This document shows, piece by piece, positions 51,637-64,000 of a stretch of DNA of 64,000 nucleotides. Each line of letters opens with the position of its first letter. Position 1 is the first letter of the stretch. Under the pieces are notes generated by a model. That model made no database searches. It was not told the origin of the DNA and was given only the letters and a program-made list of their open reading frames with translations. Source of the DNA: Ascidiella aspersa (taxonomy: Eukaryota); contig OZ004607.1 of assembly GCA_963924565.1 (NCBI GenBank), positions 24,862,001 to 24,926,000 of the forward strand, written 5' to 3'. Made by a program: the position numbers and the translations under genes.

Positions 51637-53439
51637 CCTTAACCGAACTCTAACCTGTAAACAAAAGCGATTCACTCCAGCATGATGTCACAACTTGTAT
51701 TTTACAGAGTCAATATCATGTTAGAAATTTTATGAAAAAATGTGAATTTATTGATTAAATAAAACGTTAATTTTTTATTTTTCAGATATTTCAATAATGA
51801 GTTGCTGTTTTTTCAACACTTCACGTAACTTAGATTAAATGACTTAATTACAATTCAAAGAATATTCTATACATTTGTTGATCCACTTATTTAGATTTAA
51901 CTCAACTTATATTGTATCTGAACCGGATCTTTATAAACCGGTTTTGAAATAACGATTGCCAAACGGTGCTAAACCGGAACTTTTAAATTGCACGAAACCG
52001 AAACTGAACTGGAGTCGGAAAAAATCCTTAAACCGGAAAAGTTAAACGGTTCTACTCTCTGATTTTTATATCAAATAAGCCCGTTTATGTGCACGTTTAA
52101 GCCGGATTCGAATCTGTTTCGTTAATTTATTCACTCTCGTTTTGGTGCTGGAATGAATTAAGTTCTCTTGTTTCTTAATCGTTCAAAAAGGAGTGGTTTT
52201 CAATTCGTTCGCCGCTTAATCTGTTCGTTTCGCGGACGGCCGAAATCGTTTAATGTAGAACAGTGTTTCTTAACCAGGGTTCGATCGAACACTTGGGGTT
52301 CGACGCAGCTGTTTCAAGGGTTCGGCGAGAACGTCCTCTGAAACATAAATGCTGTTATTTCAAGCTATATTCAAATCTATTTTATTTGCCAAGGTGTCAT
52401 TAACGTTATAAATTGAAAGTTTGGCCAATTTAACCTATATAAATGCAAGTTTATAATTTGAATATGCCTAGTTTCATCTGCTAGGAGGAAGAAACGAGTT
52501 CTGAGCATAAGGAAAGAGACACTCGTTAGATACTAATTTGTGACAGAGGGTCTGGTCTAGAATCCACAAAGTCGAACATTATTTGGGTTAGGATGCGGGT
52601 TTGGGTAGGTTTAAATAGTAATACTTGGCCCACCCTCACCCTAATATTGTACATTGCTTTAAATTATCACAACGCTGTGGTAGGATTTTAGGCCACCGCC
52701 AAATACAGTTTTCATTAGTCATGTTTGGTACATCTCATCACCTTCTGTGGTCCACTCTGCCTTGTATATAGCGTTGACCAGCACACATAAGCTTAACTTT
52801 CCTGCACTTATATTCTGTTTGCCAGGTAAACTGAAGCACTACACAGTCACAAACATACTTCGGCAAACCAAACTTCATCGGCAAACCAAACTCAAGTAAT
52901 TTTTTTTTTGTCAATTTTAGGTTTATAAAAACGAACAAGCAGCCATACCGCAGGGAGTAGCCTAAGCCGAAAAATCGGTTGTGCGTCAGAGATTTACTGG
53001 AATATTACGTAATAATGCATATCAGTGCAGTTTGTACACTCAAGCTGGCTTGAATTTTGCGCGAAAGAAATACCCGATTTAACTATACACACACATCAAG
53101 ATAGCTCAGAGCGAAGAATACTTTCTACGTTTTCTATTGCTTTAAAATTTTGCGATTTGACAGTCCTCCAGAAAAGTTAGAAGTCCCTCTAATTCTTGGG
53201 CAATGGTTACCATGGCTAGGGTCCCTAGGGAGCAGGAGCCCGGAGCTCTGGAGGCAAGCTTTTGCTGGAGCCAAAGCAGGAACTGGAGCCATTTTTATTT
53301 TGTTTGTGAAGCCGGAGCCATTTTTATTATTTTTGATGAGCCTGGCTGGAGCCGTAGCAATTTTTTAAAATTTGTAAAGCTAAACTTATAACATTTTTAT
53401 ATGCTTTAGCTCGCAAAAACTTTAAATTGTTTAAATGAA

Positions 53440-54989
53440 ATCGACTAAACAAAACAGTCTAAGATGGCAAATAACTTCATTTAGTCTGTGCTGAAAAAAA
53501 CTAGAAAAATAGAACGGCTGTAGAGCTGTTGGGAACACCCAGTAAGAACCAAAAAAGCAACAATACCTAATGCAGAAAAATATATATAACCATAGTATTA
53601 AGACCAACGACAAAATACAGCCAAATACGCAGTAACATCCAGTACAGCATAATATCGGAATTAGTCCTAAATTCATCGGAATAAGGCCTAAATATATGGG
53701 AATAAGTCCTTAATTCTTCGGAATAAGGCCTAAATTAACCGGAATAAGTCCTAAATTCATCGGAATAAGGCTAAAATAACACCCGAACCTGTGGGTAGGA
53801 GGTATGGCGTATGGGACGATCGGTGGCCATCGGTCTGGCATCGCCAGTTTTGGTGACTACGTTTGGACGCCCTAGTTTGACCGGCGCCGTGAGGGCGCCG
53901 CTGTTTTGGCACCAGATTTTTGGTCCTGTTTGGGGTTATTGTTGGGTTAGTGTTGAAATTATTAGGGGAGTTGGTGATGTGCTTAGGCAGCGGTTCTTAA
54001 TCACCAAGCAATTTTAAGGGGGGCGCGAGCTCGACTTCAATATTTTTATTTTTTGCATTGATTTTAATGGTTTCGTTTGGGTTAAGCATAACTCCTACAT
54101 ACAAACCCTGTTTTTTGCCAACTTTAACATTAAAACTGCCGAAATTTTTCGCGCTCCGCGCGAGGCTTCTAATTCCATTTTACAACAATGTTTTTTGGAG
54201 TGCGTTGCATGTTTTCTGTCTATTTGTTATACATATAACATCGACGGTATCACCGCACTATTTCATTAACTTATAGATAAACGATAAAAGTTATCGCCCT
54301 TTTGGACTATTTTCATCCTTATTTTATATATGACAACAGGCTAGCAACATGGGGAGTCGAACTTTTTTGCGCGAAACTATATTGTTTTTTCATATTGCCG
54401 TTGTATTGTGACTGTGTGTCGTTAGATCTTTTGAAACACGATAACGCAATGTTTAATATTTGCGCTTGACATTTTTTTGCGCTCGACATCATACAACCTC
54501 ACAACACGTTTGTCAAAATCAGCTCGATAAAATCAATGTGTCGAGCACGCGCAATTTGTTGTGTGCCCAATGCGAAACGCCTCCTAAGTTACAGTTAGCC
54601 AATTCGACCAAATAAAACTCAATTTTTTTCGCGCTTCGCGCGACTAACAATACCCTTCACTATTTTTATGTTGTCTCAGTGATATATAATTACAAAATGT
54701 CGAATTGCTTTTCATAGGCTGGCGTAAGACATCAGAAAATTATTAAAGGGGCGGCGCGGCTGAAAAAAGGTTAAGAACCACTGTGCTTAGGGGTCGAGTT
54801 TGGGTTTAGTTAAAAGTGTTGTTTAGGCCTGATTCCGACCTTTTAGGTCTTATTCCGACGGATTTAGGACTTATTCCGATTTAGACCGTACTAATGCCAT
54901 TAGGTATTAGTCCTATTTTGGCCTTATTCCGAAATGTGTTTTATTCTGACGTTAGTGTTGTTCTTATCTCGGTCTTATGGCTGGCGTCC
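53440..54989 (-). repeat. Long copy of the interspersed repeat family, split by a hAT MITE
   Basis: Tandem CGGAATAAG(G/T)CCTAAATT units at 53655-53775; the two halves rejoin seamlessly at TGCTTAGG. Confidence 0.7.
53988..54783. mobile_element. hAT-type MITE
   Basis: TIRs CAGCGGTTCTTAATC / GGTTAAGAACCACTG; perfect TSD TGCTTAGG at 53980-53987 and 54784-54791. Confidence 0.85.
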
Positions 54990-55438
54990 AGAGCTGTTAT
55001 ATTGGAAATTTGTTTGGTTATACTCAGGGGCTTTATTCCTTGGCCTACGTTTACAGTGGTAATATCACTAACTATTAGATTATAGAACATACTTTCACCT
55101 AAATCGCAAGTAAAAAAATCCGAAAACACTGCGCCCAGCACTGTTACTCGTTTAGAATTTGGGCATTACGGTTTACACGTTGTTCAGAATCTAAGTTACA
55201 ATCGCCAGTCCTGTACTACAGTTGATTTACAACTTAGTTACGCTCAACCACGGTTGATATTGACCTACCATTAATTGAACAAGTTTTACTTTACTATATA
55301 TCACTATAAAAAAAGCATCTTTATAAAAAAAAAGATTGCGCTATATTTATTTATATAAAACTGAAATCACCTTAATAAAAACTGTACAAGGTTGATGTCA
55401 AAATAATAAAAAATAAGCATTTGAAACAGAACTCAAAA

Positions 55439-58400
55439 TTACGCTGTGGAAAATTGTTCAATAAATTCAACTTGTCCCATTTCTTGTTTCTTCAATGATT
55501 CATGTTGAACACGCAACCTTTATCAACACATTTACAGTTAGCTATACTAATAAATTATTTGTTGTATTGTAATTATGAAACATATTAGTTGTTTGACCTC
55601 ATTAAAATAAAACTAGCATAAACAATCTGTAAATGAGTTAGGAAAAAAAATCTAGTTTTTTGAACTACACGTTTAACTGCCAGGCACAACACACACAATT
55701 TCTTTTGTTTTTAAGTTTGTATCCATGAATAGTGGACCTTAAGACTTGGTATATAAAATAATAACAAAAAATTAAAAGAACACTGGACCCAATTATGCAA
55801 TTTACCTTTCCATTTCAGTTTTCTTTTCAGTGATTAATGCCCTGAGTTGTTGTTGCTGTGATTCTCTTTGCTTTGCCACAGATTTAAGAAGGTTTCTATA
55901 TCCAATAGCCTACAATGACATTATCATATAAATATAGCAATAAAATAAAAGGATTTATGTATTAATTTCCAAAAGAAAAGCATGAACTTTGCTGCGAGGC
56001 TACCACTGGATTGATTGAGAATTGATATAGATGTAACAGTGGTTTACATATAAATAATTCTATACATACATCAGAGTTGGATCAATTACATTCATTCAGT
56101 TCCATTACAATCACTCCCTTAAATGTTTCAATTACATTACATTTACAATTGCATTAAAAACTGTTATTAATTAGTACATCAATTACAATTTTCGGCATTC
56201 AAACTTTAATTTTTTCAATATAAATGTATTGAGCAAAATTTTAGTAAATTACATTTACAATGAGAAACACACGACTGAAAATGTGTCAATTACATTACAA
56301 TTACATTAAAAAACTGTTATTAGTTACATCAATTACAATTAGAAGTTACAATTGATCCAACTGTGACATACATACGTGACTAACTATTGTCAACAAATGC
56401 AAGTAAAACTAGACAGGGTGTGCGGTTTTTGTATATTTTTCCAGGGGGTATAGCGCGGTTCTACTATATTATATCAGGGTGTATGGTGCGGTTCTACTAT
56501 ATTATACCAGGGGGGTACAGCGCAGTTCTACTATACTTTACCAGGGTGTCATTCCTTAGTTATTCTATATTCTTTAAACGGGTCTTATTTGTCAGTGTCC
56601 ATATACTCCCAATGTTGTGCTTCCAGTTTCGGTGCTTTAGCAGGCAAAAGCGGATGTGGCCCGAAGTTGCGTGGTATAGGTTGGACATGGTGCACTTTTA
56701 CAAGATTGATTGCCAGTGGTCTTAATATAAATTTGGCTGCGAAGCAAACCTATAACTTGTCTTTATAATTAAAAAATATTTGACAATTTTTTCTTGCACC
56801 CCTGTACGCCTCTCATTGGGACAAAAGTCAATAGTGTGACGTAATCGATTTAGTTGTTTACAGCTATCTACTAATCTAGCGGCAGAAAACCTTCAATGCA
56901 GAATTTGTTCATATCGCTTGCTTTATTCTGGCCGCGAAGCGTCTGGCTGCCTACTGTGCTTTTTTGGTCCAGCGCGTGCAACATTCATTGTGCGAAGGGC
57001 TTGTCTCAGTGAAACTTCGCGCGTGCGACTTGCCTTTTAAAAAGAGGCTTCTCTTAGCAAATTAACTTATTGCTTTTACAAAACAACATATTTTACCGCC
57101 GCAGATTGAAATGAAAAATTGTGGAGGCAGTGTACACCACTCTGTTTCCAGTTTTTATTCTATGAATGAAATCACTTTAATTTCTATATTTTTGTTTAGT
57201 TATTTTCCCCCATAGGTTAATTATTTTAAATTGAAGTTCAAAATTGGCCTGAGGAGCAATCTATAATTTGTCTTTATAATTGAAAACTATTTAACAATGT
57301 TTTCTTTAGTTTTTTAGACACCTCTAAACACAAAAACGGCCGAATTTTAATTTTACCCCCCTAAATTACTCCCCTTTTTTCAAGAGGTAAAATGTTTATT
57401 TTAACATCAGCTTTAAATGGTTCTCTAACATTTGTGAAATGTTCAGATGTTTATGTCATTTCCTTCTAGTGTAAATATATCATTGAAATTTCCTAAAGTG
57501 TTGTGCATTTTGACCCCCCGGATGAAAAGTTCAGGGGTAAGGTTTAAAATTTTGTTACTTAGCATTGTATATGTCTTTTATCCATCATCCATAAATATAT
57601 CAGATTTTTTTTACATTTTTTTATCTCTGAAAAGTGCTTAAAACCAAAATTAACAAAAAAGGACAGTTTTGCCCCCCTAAAAACCACCCCTTAGAACCTA
57701 GGCAATTTTTTTTTATATTAGAAACAACTTTGGGAGGGTATTTAACAGTTGTGAAAATTTCATGTTCCAACTATGTTTTTTTCCTTGTCAAAAGTGAGCC
57801 ATAAAAAATTGACTGAAAAAAAAAAAAAAAATAATAATTCGGACAAAAACAACATGTGTCCAAAAAAAAATTTTTTTTTTCGGGCCACATAAATATACCA
57901 TGTTGCCTTAAGAACTGAATTGGTGCAACTAAATTAATATTACTAAGCATAAAATTAATACATCTAATGATATCATGGGAACTATTCCACCTTTATTTTC
58001 TCTCTTTCCACTTCCTTAGCCAAATCACTGGTCATCTCAATAAAACTTCCAACAGTATTCTGAAAATCTGTTATTTCTGTAAAATAAATTAGCCAATAAA
58101 TCAATATTCATTAATTCTTAATAAAAAAGAGTATTAAATAATAAATTTATTGCGATAATATGGTGGCAATTCTACTTTAAAAAAATATTATAGTTAATGC
58201 AATTCCTAAATAATAACAAGCAGAACTTTTGAGGGCGAACCTTGACCAAAACCGATGTTGGTAAGCAACTTTTACATGATATGGCTAAAATAAGAACAGA
58301 GCAGGTATATTTCAAAATGTCACATTTTAGATCCCGACTGAATTCCATAATTTGTGACGCCAAAGATTTACAAGAAAATTTTTTTTAAGAAAGTGGGTAT

Positions 58401-59148
58401 TTGCTATGTATCCTTTACCGAACTTAGAAGAACGGTAACCAATCCTTTTTCCATATATGGAAGAATGAGTCGGTCACAGAAGTTTAAAATTTAAAGCTCG
58501 GAAATGGTTATAGAATTAGTTTGTAACTAAGAATTACTTCTTTTGCACATAATTTTTCTTATGGTGTCCGTTAGTGTTTGGGTGAGCACAATTCTGGAAA
58601 TTATGGTAGATTTTGTGGGTGCATGGGCGTGCAACAAAGGTTAAAAAAATGACCCTGGGTGCAAAATTTCTGGGCACATTTTTTAATTTCAGGGTGCAAT
58701 TTATGATTTTCTAGTGCCATCGGTGTTGCATACGTGGCACTGTAAACTTATACATAAGCGTTTTATATACATATTTGGGGTGCAGTCCAGGTTTTTTCTT
58801 GGCAGGTTCACATTTTCGGAGTGCACTGTTACAAGGTTAAAAAAAACTCGCGGACCCGTGCACTTTCCATACTTTCCACAGTGGTCAACGATATTTTAAA
58901 GAAAAATACTGCTACGCAATCAGGATTCAGAAATCAGGGGTATGGAATTGATCTAATACTTCTTACTATGCTTAAGTTCGACATAACATCACCCGATTTA
59001 AATACGGGATTAACCCACTTGCAACGAATTCATGACATTCTTCCTTCAACTCGGTGGTTTGCTGAGCTGATTCAGGTTCTAGGACTCGAAGTTTATTCAA
59101 GTCATCGAAGTGTAGACCTGATTTGGAAAGTGCGTCTTCGGCAATCAT
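55439..59148 (-). CDS. IFT20: Intraflagellar transport protein 20, 4 exons (absent from the ORF track)
   Basis: Exons 59148-59019, 58076-57991, 55909-55806, 55517-55439 give [132 protein letters not shown]. Confidence 0.95.
56072..56365. mobile_element. hAT-type MITE with AATTAC sub-repeats, in IFT20 intron 2
   Basis: TIRs CAGAGTTGGATCAATT / AATTGATCCAACTGTG; perfect TSD ACATACAT. Confidence 0.85.
56415..56570. repeat. Minisatellite, about 32-bp unit, 4-5 degenerate copies
   Basis: CAGGGGGTATAGCGCGGTTCTACTATATTATA-like units. Confidence 0.6.
56625..57892 (-). mobile_element. Helentron-associated non-autonomous element (HINE/DINE-like)
   Basis: 12-bp subTIR pair ATGTGGCCCGAA (56654) / TTCGGGCCACAT (57879), partial inverted copy ATGTGTCC near the latter, short hairpin GCTTTAGC..GCAAAAGC next to the former, TT at the 5' end. 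Confidence 0.5.
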
Positions 59149-60818
59149 GATAAATAAACAATTTCGTAGGTAAAAACCGTTTCCTAAGGTTTAAATCATT
59201 CTACAATCACGCAAGCTTGTGTGTTGGTTAACAACCAAAATTGTCGTTCAGTTATGTGGGGTCAAACGGTGATGTTGTTACGCTTGAATAATTTTTTGAT
59301 GTGCGTCGCCATTTTAATATAAATGATCACATAGATTAAAAGGGAGAACCACGTATATGAAAATCTAACTTTAAACAGTGTTAACAGAGTATTCCTAACT
59401 ACAAATAATAACCCTTGTCTTCACTGTGAATAAAACTATTATGGTATAGTCAACAGAAAAAAATTACTCAAGCAAAACTGATGCAAAACTTGCTGAGACA
59501 CAATAGCCAACTGGACAACTGGACTCAAAGCGAAAACCTAATATTTGCGCAATGGAAAACCTGGTTATTTTTACAAAAAATATTACTGCTAGATTTAATT
59601 AGGAACCTATAATACAATATGTTTGGGTCTACTACCATTTTTTTACAGTACTAACAACATGAGTTTTTAAAATTGCATGAAATAAATAAATATGGGAGAA
59701 TAAATATAATAATAATAATACTTCACCCACGCTAACTCGCCCCCCCAATATAAATAGTGTTAACAATAATAATGTCCGGAAGAAAAAAATATGATAGAAT
59801 TGTAGACCGAGTTTGCATTTCTTTTAGGTTTAGAAATTTGCATAGTTGCTGCGTAAACGTTTATTTAAAAAACAATTCATGACGAATTCATAGAATAAAT
59901 TGCATCTCTTTCCTTTAGTTGCCAGAATGATATTACAGTAAAAAAAACTTTAGGCTTGTGCATGGTCAGACTTAACATAGGTTCATAACTCATAAACAGT
60001 TCAGAATAAGCATTTTTGGTATATTAATGCAAAACATATTAATTAATAAAAAAAGGAATCCAGAAGTAAAAGTGTGAAATAATATGTTTACCCAATTAAA
60101 ACAAAGGGGGGCAGGACTTTTTTCATGGCTCGCTTATGTACTAAACTTCGGAATTCGCACTAATATTTCAAACAAATCTGCTAAATTACAATAGTATTTA
60201 TTGCAAAGGCTGTGTACAACCGTGCTAACTTCAGAATTAACAGTTATTTATTATCTAAAGTAGTGCTTCTCAAGCTGTGCATCATCACGCTCTGATGCAT
60301 CGCTTCATTTGCGTAGCATAAAAATCCTGCATTCGTACCTAACCTCTTTTCGCAAGTCCAACAAACTTAGGCTTTTCCTTATTTAGCAAACCAGTAGAAA
60401 TCCGTTGTGGCACTAAAGTAGTTTGCAAATAATTCCAATAGATTTCTATTGCAGGACATAGGTTACAAATTTGATTTACCGTCAAACAATATTTATAATA
60501 AACCAAAGTGTTTGATGTAAATCAGATCACAAGTTTAAAAGTTAAATAAGCTTTAGTGCTAAATTAAATTCAGGTAATCTTGTTTAAATAAAAATGCAAA
60601 AAACACTTTGGGCAGCAGTTTTCACAAAATAGGCTTTTTATTGAAAATTTATGATTCTTATATATTAAGAAATCTTTTTTGTGTGGTATGATTTTTATTG
60701 AAATAGGATGATTGTCCACACACTTGTATGTATGTATTTATGTGAAAGTATTGGTACATAAAAAGCTTTAATGAAAGTTTTACTTTTAATTTGGAAGCTT
60801 TTTGTAGAATTATTAGAA

Positions 60819-63800
60819 ATGCCTGATAAGTTTACAACATTCTTGGAGGAATATTGCACTAATCACCCTAATGCAATAGAAGATCACCAACCACTCCCGA
60901 TTCGCTTATTGATTCGAAGTATTGCTGAAAATGACTTACAAGGCGAATGTATAGATCTGTGTTTACAATACTTGAAAACATTGTAAGTAAAATAAAACTT
61001 AAGGAAAACAGATAATTATAGCGTTGCATAAATGCATCAAAGTATGGTGTTTTTATATGTATTTTAGATCATTCCTGACTCAACAGTAAACTTGTTGTTG
61101 TTAGGTGTTGTCTAGTTTTTCTTGCTTTTAAAGCTATGTACACAGACATATTTTGGTGTATATTGTAACAGGTTATGTATATAATTTGAGTGATTCCTAC
61201 ATAAAAGGTGCCAATTTGTGCGTTTTTCTAAATGTACACAGTCATATTTTGGTGTATATTGTAACAGGTTATGTATATAATTTGAGTGATTCCTACATAA
61301 AAGGTGCCAATTTGTGCGTTTTTCTAAATGTACACAGACATATTTTGGTGTATATTGTAACAGGTTATGTATATAATTTGAGTGATTCCTACATAAAAGG
61401 TGCCAATTTGTGCGTTTTTCTAAATTTAAACCAGTGATTAAACATAACAGGATGCAGCATGCTTTGTTACTTTGTTTACTGTTGAAATACCAGGCATACA
61501 TTGACTGCATTATTGGTATGAGCTTTTGTGGTTGCTTAGTGAAGTTAATGGTTAACTTACACCACTTCATGTATTTGCTATCATACTTTTTTTGGCATTT
61601 TAATAAATCTTTGTTATTTATTTTTTTGCTATGGTATCACCTAACTAATTGTCTAAAATATAATTTTAATATTATTTGATAGCCATATTCCACATGTTTG
61701 GTGTTTCATCTAATATAACAGCTTTTGTTTTTTTGTTCTTCAAATCAATTTTTTTTAATATTTATGAAAATGGCTAAAACCATAAATTAAGTAGACCTAT
61801 GTCATACTTATGTGTTATGTTCTGTGTCATAAGCTTTTAAAGCGTAAAACAAGATATATTCCATGTTTATACATAAACAGAATGTACAGTAAATAACATC
61901 CTGATTCTTTAAAGCCCAAGCCTATTGACGCTAAGTTGTAGTATTGTTTTCAACTGGCATTTATTTACTTAAAACCCTAACCATTTATTCCAGGCATTGT
62001 CCAGATTTGTTGAACTTAGCCCTTACACACAATACCACCAGCAGAGTGCTAAAAAGTGATTTATCAAGTCATGTCAAAGGGTCATCAGTTGAAAACTCTG
62101 ACATTTGTAAGTTGAGTTGGGTTATTTTACTTATAATTATATTACAGTTTTGATATTTTGTACTTGCCCGCCAATGCAAATACAATTAATTTTAGGTGAG
62201 TGTTGATTGACACCCACTTGCTCAACTTGTGCTAACACAAAATTAGTTGTTGTGGTAATTTGTTGATCTGTGACAAATTATAGGAAACACAAAAGACCAA
62301 TGCACGCTCTACAATGAATTAAACAAGCGTATTACAATTGTAAAAGTTCTACTCATTTAACAGAACAGTAAACAATTCAGGCAAACTATAACTGAACTAT
62401 TGTTAACACTCCCAAATAGAATGACAGGTTAAATCAGTAGTGAACAGCAACTAGCTAGAATGTAAATTAGATGCCATGCAAATATTTTTGGCCTACATTA
62501 TTTTGTCGGGGTGAAGGCTGATTGGTAGACACTTGGCCAACTGATGAGTTCAATTCAATATCATCCATGTAATATAGAGGGGATTTACATATGGATATAT
62601 TCTCGGTTTTCCTTAAAAAAACATCCATATGCAATTTATGTTACATTATACCAGATTTCTTAAGTCAATATAAGATTGTTTTTAGATTATGATGGTGCTG
62701 GAATTGCTCATAAGGTTCTCACACAACTACATGCAGTGTGTCATGAGTGGAACACTCACATCCCATCATTTCTCTCCAATCAAGAAGAACCTCCCATGTT
62801 TTCTGAATGTGGTATTAAAAACACCAGAAGAAAAATGGAAGACCGTCATAATGTTTTTACCAATTTAAACATTCTTTTGGGTTTAAAGGTTCGTATTTCA
62901 ATATGTCAAGTTACTACAATAAATATGCTTACTTTAGATAGTCAAACAAATTTGTATGCTTTGTATTATGTGATTTGCTTTAAAAAAAGGAATCTTTCAA
63001 ACAAACTATCAGTCTTATGCTTATTGTATGTTTCTTATTTAGTTTTTTTTTATTTTAAATATGTATTTATTTGTTGTTTCAAATGAATAAGAGTAAAAAA
63101 AGGTTAATTCTTTTTAATAAAGGACATGGCAACAGTCCAGTTTTATGCTGTTTTTGATGGTCATGGTGGATTGGATGCATCTTGCTATGCTGCTAAGCAA
63201 CTACATCTAAAACTTTGTAACCTAGAAAACTTTTCCGGCAATTTTTCTGATTCATTAAAGGCTGCAATTAAACTAACTGATGATGATTTTTGCTCGAAAG
63301 CCAAAAATGAGGTAACATTTTTTTACTGTCATTTTTACTTTCTCATACTAGATGTAACATATTCCTCTACATCTAACAGCTTAGTTTACTTGTTAAAAGA
63401 ATGATTTAGTCACACATGACTAATAAAGTCAAAGTTTACATAAAATATATTTTCAGTTTTTTCACTGATTCATTTCCTTGTAGAGAATAAGAAGTGGGAC
63501 AACAGCAGTTGTGTCAGTCATTTATGAGAACACTCTACATCTTGCCTGGGTTGGAGACAGTCAAGCCGTTCTAGTGAGAAATGGTAAAGCACTGGATGTA
63601 AGTCCTGATCCGTGATTTGTACCAACAAGGGAAACTTTTAAGACATCTGTAAAGTTTTAGTGTTTATATGATCTAATTTTTAGTATTGGTGTACAATGTC
63701 ACCTGAATGACACAGCAACAAACTTTAGGTTCGCTGTCCGGATATTTTAAGACTTTGCCATTTGTTTTAACCTAGCACATGCACTATTATCAAAAGGATT

Positions 63801-64000
63801 ACGGCAGCCGCTTAGTGTGTGGGCAAAACGGTAGCTTTTGACTCACAGCGTCTACTGCTTTCATTTAAATCGTTGCAATTACCAGATAATCAATCCTCAC
63901 AAGCCGGAAAGAGAGGACGAGAAACTTCGCATAGAGGAGATGGGAGGTTGCGTGGTGTGGTTTGGCGCGTGGAGGGTCAACGGAAGTTTGGCCGTTTCCA
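60819..64000 (+). CDS. PPM1E: PP2C-family phosphatase, PPM1E/PPM1F (CaMKP/POPX) type; continues off the right edge
   Basis: Exons 60819-60982, 61994-62106, 62686-62888, 63123-63311, 63484-63597, 63886-end. Motifs [39 protein letters not shown] and [35 protein letters not shown]. Confidence 0.9.
61136..61425. repeat. Near-perfect 96-bp tandem repeat x3 in PPM1E intron 1
   Basis: Unit starts ATGTACACAG at 61136, 61232 and 61328. Confidence 0.95.

Noticed and set aside
61112-61570. Repeat-protein ORFs on both strands
   Set aside because: By-products of the intronic 96-bp tandem repeat; no synonymous divergence between units.

Overview
AT-rich eukaryotic genomic DNA with many 50-70 nt GT-AG introns, most likely from an ascidian (tunicate); this assignment is inferred from the gene content. 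Genes assembled by hand from splice sites and protein motifs, in order: 5' part of an RNF180-like gene (-), intronless-CDS DAZAP1/Hrb27C (+), an HHATL-type MBOAT lacking the catalytic His (-), a five-exon secreted neuropeptide precursor with KR-flanked PS(I/V)(I/L)-ending peptides resembling ascidian neurotensin-like peptides (+), a tight HINT3-HINT3-PHAX cluster that looks like an operon (+), an orphan 7TM receptor-like gene (-), IFT20 (-) and the 5' part of a PPM1E/F-type PP2C phosphatase (+). Introns and intergenic DNA are packed with mobile elements: several hAT MITEs with intact 8-bp TSDs, a CsRn1-clade Ty3/Gypsy element with a -1 frameshift signal and pseudoknot, a tRNA-like insert with a 15-bp TSD, a fold-back element and a Helentron-type HINE. 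Two fold-back inserts carry minimal hammerhead ribozyme cores at the hairpin turn (Penelope-like). The most notable items are the neuropeptide precursor, which the ORF track shows only in fragments, and the hammerhead-bearing fold-backs. All homology calls are from recalled motifs, not database searches.
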